Positions 16,835 through 26,572 of a stretch of 64,000 nucleotides of DNA are shown here, one piece after another. The stretch is taken from contig JAGWVF010000004.1 of the NCBI GenBank assembly GCA_018971045.1, positions 8,535 to 72,534 of the forward strand. Reading direction: 5' to 3'. The stretch comes from Patescibacteria group bacterium (GTDB lineage: Bacteria > Patescibacteriota > Minisyncoccia > Phycocordibacterales > Phycocordibacteraceae). How positions within the stretch are numbered: position 1 is the first letter of the stretch; the number at the start of each line of letters is the position of its first letter. Position numbers and translations under genes: made by a program. Below the pieces are notes generated by a model. The model saw nothing but the letters and a program-made list of their open reading frames with translations, did not search any database and was not told the origin of the DNA.

Positions 16835-17920
16835 ATGGCGAAAGATTATTACGCCGTACTCGGCGTCGACAAGAAAGCGACGCAAGACGATATTAAGAAG
16901 GCGTTTCGCAAACTCGCGCACAAGTACCATCCCGATAAAGGAGGCACGGACGAGTCAAAGTTTAAAGAGATCACCGAAGCCTATTCTATTCTCAGCGACG
17001 ACAAGAAACGCCGCGAGTACGACGCGTACGGCCAAGCCTTTCCGGGAGGACATCCGGGCGGCGCCGGCGCCGGGCAAAACCCGTTCGGGGGATTCGATTT
17101 CTCCCAGTTTCAGCAGGGGTTCGGCGGCGCGGAGTTTGACTTCGGCGATATTTTCAGCGATATCTTTGGCGGCCGCGGCGGAGCGTCGCGGGGCTCTCTA
17201 CGAGGACGCGACATTTCAATCGATCTCGAGATTCCCTTTAAGGATGCCGCATTCGGCACTCATCGCACCGTACTTATCGCGAAAGTCTCGACCTGCGCCG
17301 TCTGCCACGGTACCGGAGGGAAATCGGGCGCCGAATTGCTCACCTGCGCCGCCTGCAACGGCAGCGGCAAGATCCACGAAACGCGCCGTTCGATTCTCGG
17401 CCAGTTCTCAAGCGTGCGCGCGTGCGACGTCTGCGACGGCAGCGGAAAAATCCCGAAAGAAAAATGCGCTGAGTGCAAGGGCCATGGAGTGAAGCGGAAA
17501 GAGGAAGAGATCAAGGTGAACATTCCCGCAGGAATCGATAACGGCGAGATGATCCGCATGCCCGGTCAGGGCGAGGCGATAAAGGGCGGCGTTGCTGGCG
17601 ATTTGTACGTGAAGGTCCACGTGAAGCCGCACCCGATCTTTCGCCGCGACGGGTATAATCTCGTAATGCATGTGCCGGTGAAGTTAACCGATGCTCTCTT
17701 GGGGACTACCGTCTCAATTGAATCCTTGGAGGGGAAGACGCTTGAAGTGAAGATTCCAGTGATGCGCCGCGCGGAAGAGCTGTTGCGGGTCGCGGGGAAG
17801 GGGATCCCGAGCGGCGGAAGTCGGGGTGATCTCATCATCCATCTTGAAGTCGCGCTTCCGCACAAGCTGTCGGGCAAGGCGAAGAAATCGGTTGAGGAAT
17901 TAAAATCCGAGGGACTCTAA
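16835..17920 (+). CDS. dnaJ: Chaperone DnaJ
   Basis: J-domain with KYHPDK; G/F-rich region; four CxxCxGxG zinc-finger repeats. Confidence 0.95.
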   Translation: MAKDYYAVLGVDKKATQDDIKKAFRKLAHKYHPDKGGTDESKFKEITEAYSILSDDKKRREYDAYGQAFPGGHPGGAGAGQNPFGGFDFSQFQQGFGGAEFDFGDIFSDIFGGRGGASRGSLRGRDISIDLEIPFKDAAFGTHRTVLIAKVSTCAVCHGTGGKSGAELLTCAACNGSGKIHETRRSILGQFSSVRACDVCDGSGKIPKEKCAECKGHGVKRKEEEIKVNIPAGIDNGEMIRMPGQGEAIKGGVAGDLYVKVHVKPHPIFRRDGYNLVMHVPVKLTDALLGTTVSIESLEGKTLEVKIPVMRRAEELLRVAGKGIPSGGSRGDLIIHLEVALPHKLSGKAKKSVEELKSEGL

Positions 17921-17939
17921 AATAGCGTATACTGCGGCT

Positions 17940-18461
17940 ATGCCAGATGCCACCAGCATTGCCGAGGTTACCACGATCGCGGCGCCGATCGCGATGAACG
18001 TATGGAATTCGATAAGCGATTTCGTCATCATTCTGGTAATGGTGCTCGTGTTCGTGATGTTCTCGCGCTACGTCGGGCGCGGACCCTTCGTCGGCGTCAT
18101 CCTTTCCTTCTATACCGCCTACGCGCTCTACATCGCCTTCCCCTATATGGGATTTCTCCCGACGGCGCCCGCGATCACCGCAGTCGCGGCGCATGCCGGT
18201 CTATATCTCGGACTCGTGGCTGTTTTTTATATCATTATGCGCCGCGTCGTCGTCTCTGACTTTCTCTATATCGGCTCTCTTGGGCTCATATTGCTCTCGT
18301 TTGCCGCGGCGGCGTTTCTTATCGCCCTCGCGTATCAACTCTTCGATATTTCGACGGTGTATCGCTTCACTCCGGCGATCAACATGCTTTTCGCGCCGAA
18401 GGAATACTTCTTCTGGTGGTTTCTCGCGCCGACGGTCGGACTCTTTATCTTCGCGAAGTAG
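17940..18461 (+). CDS. Hypothetical integral membrane protein (4-5 TM helices)
   Basis: Hydrophobic helices throughout; no recognisable motif. Confidence 0.5.
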   Translation: MPDATSIAEVTTIAAPIAMNVWNSISDFVIILVMVLVFVMFSRYVGRGPFVGVILSFYTAYALYIAFPYMGFLPTAPAITAVAAHAGLYLGLVAVFYIIMRRVVVSDFLYIGSLGLILLSFAAAAFLIALAYQLFDISTVYRFTPAINMLFAPKEYFFWWFLAPTVGLFIFAK

Positions 18462-18476
18462 TGGTATAGTCATCGC

Positions 18477-19730
18477 ATGACCTTTGTCGAGGAACTCAAG
18501 GAGCGCGGATTGATAGAACACTTCTCTACTCAGCCTGAAAAGATCTTTGCCGAACCGCGAACGGTGTATCTCGGCATTGATCCGACCGCCGATTCGATAC
18601 AGATCGGGAATCTCGCGGTCGTGCTCCTCATGCGCCGTTTGGGCGAAGCGGGGCATACGCTTATTTTCTTGGTGGGCGGCGGGACGGGCCTTATCGGTGA
18701 TCCCAAAGAGAAAGGAGAGCGGGTCATGCTGGATGAGAAAACAGTGGCGGCCAATACGCGCGCGCTCGAAAAACAATTGAGATCGCTTCTCGGCCGACTC
18801 CCGTTCAGAATGGTGAACAATGCCGACTGGCTTATGAAAGTCTCGCTCGTTCCTTTTCTTCGCGATATCGGAAAATATTTTACGGTCAACGATCTCGTGA
18901 AGCGTGACATTATCAAGAAACGGCTTGACGCTCCCGACGAGAGCATCTCCTACACCGAGTTTACCTACGCGCTCCTCCAAGGGTACGACTATTTCGTGCT
19001 CCATGAGAAATACGGCGCCGATCTCCAAGTCGGCGCCTCGGACCAATGGACGAATATCCTCTCGGGCGTCGATCTTATTCATAAGAAGCTCGGAAAAGAG
19101 GCGTACGCTTTCACGATGCCGCTCGTGACTGATGTAAACGGCAAGAAATTCGGCAAGAGCGAGGGAAATGCCGTCTGGCTTGATCCCAAGAAGACATCTC
19201 CTTTCCAATTCTACCAATTTTGGGTTAATCTCCCCGATACGAATATCGAACGATATCTCAAGATCTACACCTCACTCCCGCTGAACGAAATCGCCGCGCT
19301 CATGGAGCTCCACGGTCGGAATCCTGGGGAGCGCCAGGCGCAAGAGACGCTCGCGCGGATCGTTACCGAAACGGTACATGGTCCGGCGGCGGCGGCGCAA
19401 GCCGCCGCCGCCGCCGATGCGCTCTTCGGCGAAACGCCCTTTCATGAGCTCGCGCGCGAGGCGCTCCAGGTCGCGCTTAGCGAAGCGCCTTCGATAGCGC
19501 TCGCTCGGAGCGATATCGAGAAGGGATATGCTCTTTCTGAAGCGCTCGTCGCGGGCGGTCTCGCCTCGTCAAAGTCTGACGCGCGCCGCTTAATAGAAGG
19601 GAAGGCCGTTACGCTTGGCGGCCTTCCGATCGAGAATCCGGATCAGAAGATCGCGCCGGGCGATCTCGCGACCGGCTATGCGCTCGTGCGCAAGGGCAGA
19701 CAGGGCGTGCTCCTTCTCGTTTTGAAATAA
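18477..19730 (+). CDS. tyrS: Tyrosyl-tRNA synthetase
   Basis: Class I aaRS with KFGKS motif; C-terminal S4 domain; poly-Ala linker. Confidence 0.95.
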   Translation: MTFVEELKERGLIEHFSTQPEKIFAEPRTVYLGIDPTADSIQIGNLAVVLLMRRLGEAGHTLIFLVGGGTGLIGDPKEKGERVMLDEKTVAANTRALEKQLRSLLGRLPFRMVNNADWLMKVSLVPFLRDIGKYFTVNDLVKRDIIKKRLDAPDESISYTEFTYALLQGYDYFVLHEKYGADLQVGASDQWTNILSGVDLIHKKLGKEAYAFTMPLVTDVNGKKFGKSEGNAVWLDPKKTSPFQFYQFWVNLPDTNIERYLKIYTSLPLNEIAALMELHGRNPGERQAQETLARIVTETVHGPAAAAQAAAAADALFGETPFHELAREALQVALSEAPSIALARSDIEKGYALSEALVAGGLASSKSDARRLIEGKAVTLGGLPIENPDQKIAPGDLATGYALVRKGRQGVLLLVLK

Positions 19731-19759
19731 TCGCGCTTTACGATATACTGACGCGGATC

Positions 19760-19846
19760 GCGTCGGTGGTAGAGTGGTCAATTACAACAGGCTGTAAACC
19801 TGTCGGGCATAGCCCTACGTTGGTTCGAATCCAACCCGGCGCACCA
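19760..19846 (+). tRNA. tRNA-Tyr (anticodon GUA), class II long variable arm, CCA encoded
   Basis: Hand-folded cloverleaf: acceptor GCGTCGG/CCGGCGC; anticodon loop CTGTAAA; 16-nt variable arm; T-arm GTTGG-TTCGAAT-CCAAC; lies immediately downstream of tyrS. Confidence 0.8.
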
Positions 19847-19913
19847 AGAAGCGAGAATAGAGACAACCCTTGAGCAATATGCGAAAGAGCGCGCCGCATG
19901 ATATCGTAAGGTT

Positions 19914-20873
19914 ATGGCACAGAAGAATCCCGTCCTCGTCTCCGCTATCAAGCCGACCGGCGATCTGCATATCGGCAACTATTTTGGCGTGATGCGCCAG
20001 CTGGTTGAGCTCACGAAAGAAGGGAGATACCGCCCGTACATCTTTGTCGCCGACTACCATGCGCTGAACACGATGCAGGACGCCGAAGAGATGCGTCGCC
20101 GCACCCGGGAGGTCGTGCGCGCTTACCTCGCCATCGGTCTTGACCCGGAGCAGGCCGTCTTCTTTAAGCAGTCGGACATACCCGCCCACACCGAACTCGC
20201 GTGGATATTCGACACGCTCACCACGATGCCGTACCTTATGCGCGCGCACGCGTTTAAGGATGCCGAGGCGAGGAATAAAGAGATTAACGTCGGCACTTTT
20301 AATTACCCGATGCTGATGGCCGCCGACATTCTCCTCTACGACGCGACCGTCGTGCCGGTCGGAGCCGATCAGAAACAGCATATCGAGATCGCCCGCGATA
20401 CGGCCGAGAAATTTAACCGCGTATATAAAGACGATGTGTTCACCCTGCCCGAGCCGTACATTCTCCCCGAAGTCGCGGTGGTGCCCGGGACCGACGGACA
20501 GAAGATGAGCAAGAGTTACGGCAATGTCATTCCGCTCTTTGCCTCTCGCGACGACATCAAGAAAGCAGTGATGAGCATCGTCACGGATTCGACAGGCGAA
20601 CGACCTGAGAACGTGTATCACATTCACAAGCTCGTTCGGAGCGTAAATGAGCTTGACGCGCTGTATGCCGAGCATGCGGGGAATTATAAGGCGCTGAAAG
20701 AGATGCTCATCGAAGATCTCGACCGCTACTTCGCGCCCATCCGCGCCAAGTACGAAGTATTAGGAGATAATCCAGACATCATTCACGATGTTCTCGCACG
20801 GGGGAAGGCAGAGGCTCGAGCCGTGAGCGAAGAGAAAATGGAGCGCGTACGCGCCGCGATAGGAGTAGCATAA
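19914..20873 (+). CDS. trpS: Tryptophanyl-tRNA synthetase
   Basis: GDLHIGNYFG (HIGH-like) and KMSKS (QKMSKSYGN). Confidence 0.95.
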   Translation: MAQKNPVLVSAIKPTGDLHIGNYFGVMRQLVELTKEGRYRPYIFVADYHALNTMQDAEEMRRRTREVVRAYLAIGLDPEQAVFFKQSDIPAHTELAWIFDTLTTMPYLMRAHAFKDAEARNKEINVGTFNYPMLMAADILLYDATVVPVGADQKQHIEIARDTAEKFNRVYKDDVFTLPEPYILPEVAVVPGTDGQKMSKSYGNVIPLFASRDDIKKAVMSIVTDSTGERPENVYHIHKLVRSVNELDALYAEHAGNYKALKEMLIEDLDRYFAPIRAKYEVLGDNPDIIHDVLARGKAEARAVSEEKMERVRAAIGVA

Positions 20874-20944
20874 CCATTTTATGAAGCGAACGCTTTCCGC
20901 GACCGGTACCGGAGTCAGGTTCCTGCTACACTATATAGAACGGT

Positions 20945-21667
20945 ATGCCATTTCACATCAAGACCGAACAGTACGAAGGGCCGTTTGAGGTCCTGCTCGA
21001 TCTCATTGAAGCGCGAAAGCTTCTCGTAAACGATTTTGCGCTCGCGCATATCACCGAAGATTTTATCCAGCACGTGCGCGCGCAGGAAGCATTTCCCGTC
21101 GAAGAAACGGCGAATTTTATTCAGATCGCCGCGACGCTTCTCCTCATCAAATCAAAATCGCTCATTCCCGACCTCATCCTTTCCGAAGACGAGAACGCCG
21201 ATGTCGAGGATTTGAAGCGCCGCCTCGAAGCCTATGAGAAAGTGCGCGAGGCGGCGCGCGAGTTTGCGCGTCTCTTCGGCGAGAGGATACTGATGCCTTC
21301 CGGCGAACGCGCTCCCGAGCCATTCTTCTCTCCCGCCCGCGATTTCTCGAAGGGCGCGCTCGCTGAAGCGCTTCGGCGGATGCTCGCCGCGCGTGAAGCA
21401 GTCGAGCGGCTGCCCGAAGCGCGCGTAAAACCGATCGTCACGATTGAAGAAATGATGGATCGGCTCGCGAAACGCGTACAGAGCGCGATGACGCTCTCAT
21501 TTAAGGATTTTGCCGGCGACGTTCGGGAAAAGGTCGAGGTGATCGTTTCCTTCCTCGCTCTTCTTGAGCTCGTGAAGCAGGGCGCCGTCGCGGCCGAGCA
21601 GTACGGACCGCACGGCGACATCCGCATCAGTCATACGGCCTCTTCCGCCGTTCCGCGGTACGGATGA
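20945..21667 (+). CDS. scpA: Segregation and condensation protein A
   Basis: YEGPFEVLLDLIEARKLLVNDFALAHITEDF. Confidence 0.85.
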   Translation: MPFHIKTEQYEGPFEVLLDLIEARKLLVNDFALAHITEDFIQHVRAQEAFPVEETANFIQIAATLLLIKSKSLIPDLILSEDENADVEDLKRRLEAYEKVREAAREFARLFGERILMPSGERAPEPFFSPARDFSKGALAEALRRMLAAREAVERLPEARVKPIVTIEEMMDRLAKRVQSAMTLSFKDFAGDVREKVEVIVSFLALLELVKQGAVAAEQYGPHGDIRISHTASSAVPRYG

Positions 21668-21728
21668 GTACGGCATCCCCAGGCAGGCGCGTTGCGAGGG
21701 AAGAAGAGAGCGACTACAATGGAGAGCG

Positions 21729-22280
21729 ATGCTAACGCCTCCCGCCGCCGTTCACGCCCTTCTCTTTACCGCCAGCGGCCCCCTCGAGAAAAAGCAGATC
21801 GAGACGCTCCTTGCGCTTGACACGAAGGAGCTCGATCTTGCGCTTCATGCGGTTTCGGAGTTCCTGAAGGGGAGCGGCGTCGCGCTCCTTGAGACCGATG
21901 CCGAAGTCGAGCTGCGAACGAGCCCCGAGGCCGAGCCGATCGTAAAGAAGCTCCGCGAGAACGAGCGAGCGCGCGATCTCGGAAAGGCCGGTCTCGAGAC
22001 GCTTGCGATCATCGCCTATCAGGAAGGGGCGACGCGTAGCGAGATCGATTGGCTGCGCGGAGTCAATTCTTCGACCTCGTTGCGCACGCTCCTTATGCGC
22101 GGGCTCATCGAGGGAAGGGAAGACCCGAAGGACAAGCGGCGCGCGCGTTACCGCTTGACCACGGAAGCGCTCGCTCATCTGGGCATTCGGAACGCGGGAG
22201 AATTGCCTCGCGCAGCCGAACTTCGTCCGAACGTCGCCGCTCTCATTGAACGCGAGGCGCCTCCTAAGGCTGTTGAATAA
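21729..22280 (+). CDS. scpB: Segregation and condensation protein B
   Basis: Winged-helix ScpB pattern ALLFTASGPL...ETLAIIAYQEGATRSEID.LRGVNS. Confidence 0.85.
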   Translation: MLTPPAAVHALLFTASGPLEKKQIETLLALDTKELDLALHAVSEFLKGSGVALLETDAEVELRTSPEAEPIVKKLRENERARDLGKAGLETLAIIAYQEGATRSEIDWLRGVNSSTSLRTLLMRGLIEGREDPKDKRRARYRLTTEALAHLGIRNAGELPRAAELRPNVAALIEREAPPKAVE

Positions 22281-22291
22281 TTCGCATCATT

Positions 22292-23242
22292 ATGGACACC
22301 TCGGAACTTCAACAGCTCGCGCAGCGTTCCCGTCTGACGCGCGAAATGGGCATCGGGATACTCCTGGCTTCCGGCGTTCTGGCGCTCTTCCTTCGCGTGC
22401 CGCTCGATCTCGGTCGACAGAGCGGTCCGACGCCGATATCCATCGCGACGTCGACGGCGCCAAACGCATTCTCAAACGTCCCGCTTATCGCAAAGGCGGC
22501 GATCGTCTATGACCTCGCCACTCAAGAAACGCTGTATGAAAAGAATGCCGACGCGCAGCTTCCGCTCGCCTCGCTCACCAAACTGCTTACGGTCTATGCC
22601 GCGTTGTCTGAATTATCGCCGACTACGCCTATCACCATATCCGCAGACGAAACTCAACTTGATCCGCCGAGAATGTTCCGTGCGGGACAAGTCTTTTCGC
22701 TCGACGATCTCGCGCGCTTGACGCTCACCGCATCCCTCAATGACGGCGCCGCCGCCATTCTCGACGCGACTGCGGCGCGCGAGAACCGAACCCAAACGGC
22801 CGCGCTTGCCGGCGCCGCCGCCGCGCTTAACCTCTCGCAGACCTATGCGGTCAACGGTAATGGCCTCGATACGAGCGCGGTGATCTCAGGGGGGTACGGC
22901 TCCGCGCATGATCTGGCGCTTCTTGCCGGCGCGCTCGTGCGCCTCGCCCCTCAAATCACTGATGCCACCACGAAGCGCACCGCCGTCGCGGCTTCGCGAG
23001 GCGGAACCGTCTTTACCGCGCAAAACACCGATCCCGTTGTCGGCTCGTTGCCGCACATGCTGCTGTCAAAAACCGGCTACACCGATCTCGCCGGCGGCAA
23101 TCTCGCGCTCGTTTTCGATGTCGGTATCGGACACCCCATCGCCGTCATCGTCCTCGGTTCTTCGAAGGAGGCGCGCTTCACGGACGGCACGGCGCTCGTT
23201 GACGCGACGCTCGCGCACTTTGCGGGCATCGCTTCTCTATGA
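22292..23242 (+). CDS. Serine-type D-Ala-D-Ala carboxypeptidase (low-molecular-weight PBP, S11-like), membrane-anchored
   Basis: SxxK motif ASLTK; KTG motif SKTGYT; N-terminal TM helix. Confidence 0.75.
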   Translation: MDTSELQQLAQRSRLTREMGIGILLASGVLALFLRVPLDLGRQSGPTPISIATSTAPNAFSNVPLIAKAAIVYDLATQETLYEKNADAQLPLASLTKLLTVYAALSELSPTTPITISADETQLDPPRMFRAGQVFSLDDLARLTLTASLNDGAAAILDATAARENRTQTAALAGAAAALNLSQTYAVNGNGLDTSAVISGGYGSAHDLALLAGALVRLAPQITDATTKRTAVAASRGGTVFTAQNTDPVVGSLPHMLLSKTGYTDLAGGNLALVFDVGIGHPIAVIVLGSSKEARFTDGTALVDATLAHFAGIASL

Positions 23243-24315
23243 TCACGAGCAATATTATTAAAGTATTCATTCCCGCATCGGCGGCGTTCGCGGTCGGCAT
23301 CGCTTTCGCGCCGCTCTTAACGCACTATCTCTACAAATATCGCGTGTGGAAGAAGGTTGTCGCGAAGACGGCGCTCGACGGAACGCCCGCGGTCGAGTTC
23401 ATCAATTTACGGACGACGGCTCATTCGGGAACCGAGACGTCAACGCCGCGCATGGGCGGCATTCTTATCTGGGCGAGCGTTCTCTTTGTGACAATCGGGA
23501 TTTGGGGCATCGCGCGCGCCACGCCTTTTCTTTTCTTTGACAAGCTCGACTTCCTGAGCCGCAGTCAAACGTGGATTCCACTTCTCACGCTGGTAGCCGG
23601 AGGCGTCATGGGATTTATGAATGACCTGCTCGACATCCGGCCTTCAGGCGAGCGCGGTATCGCGCTTCGCGTGCGCCTCCTCTTCGTCACGCTCGTCGCG
23701 CTCTTTATTGGATTTTGGTTTTACGTCAAACTCGGAGTGGCGACGATTGCCGTGCCCGGCATCGGCGCGTTTGCGGTTGGCGCCGGCATTATTCCCCTGT
23801 TCATTATCGTCTCGCTTTGTCTCTATGCGGGCGGCGTTATTGACGGCATTGACGGACTTTCGGGCGGCATATTCGCGAGCGCGTACATGGCGTATGCGGG
23901 CATCGCGTATTTCCAAAACCAGATCAACCTCGCGGCGTTTTGCGCGACGATCGCCGGCGCGATACTCGCCTTTCTTTGGTTCAATATTCCGCCCGCCCGC
24001 TTCTGGATGACCGAAACAGGAACGATGGGGCTTACGATGACGCTCGCGGTGGTCGCGTTTTTGACCGATACGTCCGGAGACGGCTACGGCATCGTCGCGC
24101 TGCCGATCATCGCATTCCCGCTTATGGTTACCGTCGCATCAAATGTTATTCAAGTCGCTTCAAAAAAATTCCGCGGGAAAAAAGTGTTCCGCATCGCGCC
24201 TCTGCACCATCATTTTGAAGCGATTGGCTGGCCTTCCTACAAAATCACGATGCGCTACTGGATTATTTCGATTATTTGCGCCATTGTCGGCATGACTGTC
24301 GCGCTTCTGAAATGA
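23239..24315 (+). CDS. mraY: Phospho-N-acetylmuramoyl-pentapeptide transferase
   Basis: PRMGGILIW; VIDGIDGLSGG; PLHHHFE MraY motifs; 10 TM helices. Confidence 0.9.
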   Translation: MITSNIIKVFIPASAAFAVGIAFAPLLTHYLYKYRVWKKVVAKTALDGTPAVEFINLRTTAHSGTETSTPRMGGILIWASVLFVTIGIWGIARATPFLFFDKLDFLSRSQTWIPLLTLVAGGVMGFMNDLLDIRPSGERGIALRVRLLFVTLVALFIGFWFYVKLGVATIAVPGIGAFAVGAGIIPLFIIVSLCLYAGGVIDGIDGLSGGIFASAYMAYAGIAYFQNQINLAAFCATIAGAILAFLWFNIPPARFWMTETGTMGLTMTLAVVAFLTDTSGDGYGIVALPIIAFPLMVTVASNVIQVASKKFRGKKVFRIAPLHHHFEAIGWPSYKITMRYWIISIICAIVGMTVALLK

Positions 24316-24316
24316 T

Positions 24317-25414
24317 ATGAAATCGATTTCGAGCGATCGGATTTTCGTGCTTCTCGTCGTTATCATCACGCTTGCCGGACTCGCCATCTTCTCGTCAGCG
24401 GCGCTCGGACTGCTCGCTCGCGAAAACAGCTCGATCTCAAAAGACATCTTGCTCCAAGCGGGATTTGGCCTCGGCTTTGGACTGTTCGCGTTCCTTGCCG
24501 CGCGCATGGTGCCGCTGTCATGGATACGCCGCCGCGCGCTCGCCATCTACGGCGCGACGCTACTCTTTACCGCGATGGTCTTCGTTCCGGGGATCGGATT
24601 TCATTCGGGCGGCGCGACGCGTTGGATCAATCTCGGCATCACGACCATTCAACCGGCGGAGTTCCTCAAGATCGGGTGCGTCATCGCGCTTGCCGCATGG
24701 CTCGCGCCGAGAGCCCGTCAGCTCGCGAATATGAAAAAGGGACTTCTGCCGTTCAGCTTATTGCTCGCTGTTTCCGCTGCGGTCCTGCTCGCCCAACCGA
24801 ATACGTCAACGACGATGCTACTTGTCGCCACCGGCTTGACGATGTATTTTGTCGCCGGAGCGCCGCTGCGCGATTTCGGCATTCTCTTATTCGGCGCGAT
24901 TGTGGGGTTCGGCATCGTCGCGCTCGCGCGTCCGTACGTCATGCAGCGCGTCTTGACGTTCCTTCACCCCTCAGACAATGCTTTGAGCAGCGGCTATCAG
25001 ATCCAGCAATCGTTGATCGCCGTCGGATCGGGCGGCGTTTTCGGTCGCGGATTCGGACAGAGTGTCGAGAAGTTCAATTATCTTCCTGAGCCGGACGGAG
25101 ATTCGGTCTTCGCCGTTTTCGCCGAAGAGACGGGTTTCGTCGGATCGGTGATTTTAGTGCTTCTTTTTCTTGTTCTTGCCGCGCGCGGCATCGTCATATC
25201 CGGCAATGCGCGCGATATGTTCGAGGCGCTCGTCGCGTTCGGGTTCTCGTTTCTGATCATGTTGCAGGCGCTTATCAATATCGGGGCGATGCTGGGAATC
25301 ATCCCGCTCACGGGCTTACCGCTTCCGTTTGTCTCGCATGGAGGTACGGCGCTCATGGCCGCGCTCATCATGTGCGGCTTCATTCTAAACGTCGCCGCAC
25401 ATAAATCGGCATAG
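24317..25414 (+). CDS. ftsW: FtsW/RodA (SEDS) family peptidoglycan glycosyltransferase
   Basis: QPAEFLKIG...; PEPDGDSVFAVFAEETGFVG; placed between mraY and murG. Confidence 0.85.
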   Translation: MKSISSDRIFVLLVVIITLAGLAIFSSAALGLLARENSSISKDILLQAGFGLGFGLFAFLAARMVPLSWIRRRALAIYGATLLFTAMVFVPGIGFHSGGATRWINLGITTIQPAEFLKIGCVIALAAWLAPRARQLANMKKGLLPFSLLLAVSAAVLLAQPNTSTTMLLVATGLTMYFVAGAPLRDFGILLFGAIVGFGIVALARPYVMQRVLTFLHPSDNALSSGYQIQQSLIAVGSGGVFGRGFGQSVEKFNYLPEPDGDSVFAVFAEETGFVGSVILVLLFLVLAARGIVISGNARDMFEALVAFGFSFLIMLQALINIGAMLGIIPLTGLPLPFVSHGGTALMAALIMCGFILNVAAHKSA

Positions 25415-25432
25415 TATTGTACAATCGTCAGC

Positions 25433-26572
25433 ATGACCATCGCATTTACGGGAGGGGGGACGGGAGGGCATTTTTATCCTATTATCGCCATTGCCGAGGC
25501 GATAAACGATCTCTCGCGCGAGAGACACCTGCTTGCTCCGCGGCTGTATTATCTCGCGCCGACCGCCTTTGATGCCAACGCTCTGTTTGAAAATGGCATC
25601 GGGTATATTTCGATTCCGGCGGGGAAACTGCGCCGCTACGCCTCATTTCTTAATATTTCCGACGCGTTCGTTACGTTCACCGGAATATTCGTGGCGTTCT
25701 TTAAACTGTTGCGCCTCTATCCGGATGTCGTCGTGAGCAAGGGCGGTTACGGCAGTGTACCGACGGTGATCGCCGCGCGGCTGCTCCGCATACCGATCGT
25801 CATTCACGAGTCTGACGCGAAGCCGGGACGCGCGAACCTGTTTGCCGCGAAGTTCGCGACGAAAATCGCCATTTCGTTTGAAAGCGCGGCGCCCTTCTTT
25901 CCGAAGCAGGTTCAATCGAAGATCGCCCGTACGGGCATTCCGATTCGGAAAGCTTTGACTCGTCTCGAGGCGGCGGGCGCCGTGCAGTATCTTCATCTGG
26001 ACCCGACGATGCCTACCGTGCTCATTTTGGGCGGATCGCAGGGCGCGCAGCGAATTAACGAAATGATCTTGAGCGGCCTCATCGAACTCGTGAATCTGGG
26101 TAATATCATCCATCAGACCGGCCGAACCCATTTTAAGAATGTCGAGTCGGTCGCCCGAGTGATTCTTGAGAAGAGTCCGCAGGCGCATCGCTATCACCCG
26201 GTAGATTATTTATCAGAGATTTCGCTCCAACGGGCGGCAGGCGTTGCGCGCGTCGTGGTGTCGCGCGCGGGAGCGAATTCGATCGCTGAAATTGGCATCT
26301 GGAAACGGCCGGCGATCATCATTCCGATCCCCGAATCGATCAGTCACGATCAGCGTTCGAACGCGTACGCGTACGCGCAAACAGGCGCCGCGAGCGTTCT
26401 TGAGGAGGCGAATCTTACGCCCCATGTGCTGGTATCGGAAATACAACGCATTCTGAGCAACCCTGCACTGCAACATCAAATGGCGGAGGCGGCGGCAGGC
26501 TTTACGAATCTCGACGCCGCGCGCACGCTTGCGAACGAAGTGCTGGCGATCGCGCTTGCTCACGAACTATGA
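25433..26572 (+). CDS. murG: Undecaprenyldiphospho-muramoylpentapeptide beta-N-acetylglucosaminyltransferase
   Basis: FTGGGTGGHFYPIIAIAEAI N-terminal motif. Confidence 0.9.
   Translation: MTIAFTGGGTGGHFYPIIAIAEAINDLSRERHLLAPRLYYLAPTAFDANALFENGIGYISIPAGKLRRYASFLNISDAFVTFTGIFVAFFKLLRLYPDVVVSKGGYGSVPTVIAARLLRIPIVIHESDAKPGRANLFAAKFATKIAISFESAAPFFPKQVQSKIARTGIPIRKALTRLEAAGAVQYLHLDPTMPTVLILGGSQGAQRINEMILSGLIELVNLGNIIHQTGRTHFKNVESVARVILEKSPQAHRYHPVDYLSEISLQRAAGVARVVVSRAGANSIAEIGIWKRPAIIIPIPESISHDQRSNAYAYAQTGAASVLEEANLTPHVLVSEIQRILSNPALQHQMAEAAAGFTNLDAARTLANEVLAIALAHEL

Noticed and set aside
18201-19217. 338-aa minus-strand ORF
   Set aside because: Lies entirely antisense to tyrS. Arg/Glu-rich low-complexity translation typical of antisense frames in high-GC DNA.
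19385-19425. GCC/GCG trinucleotide repeat
   Set aside because: In-frame poly-Ala linker inside tyrS, not a tandem-repeat element.
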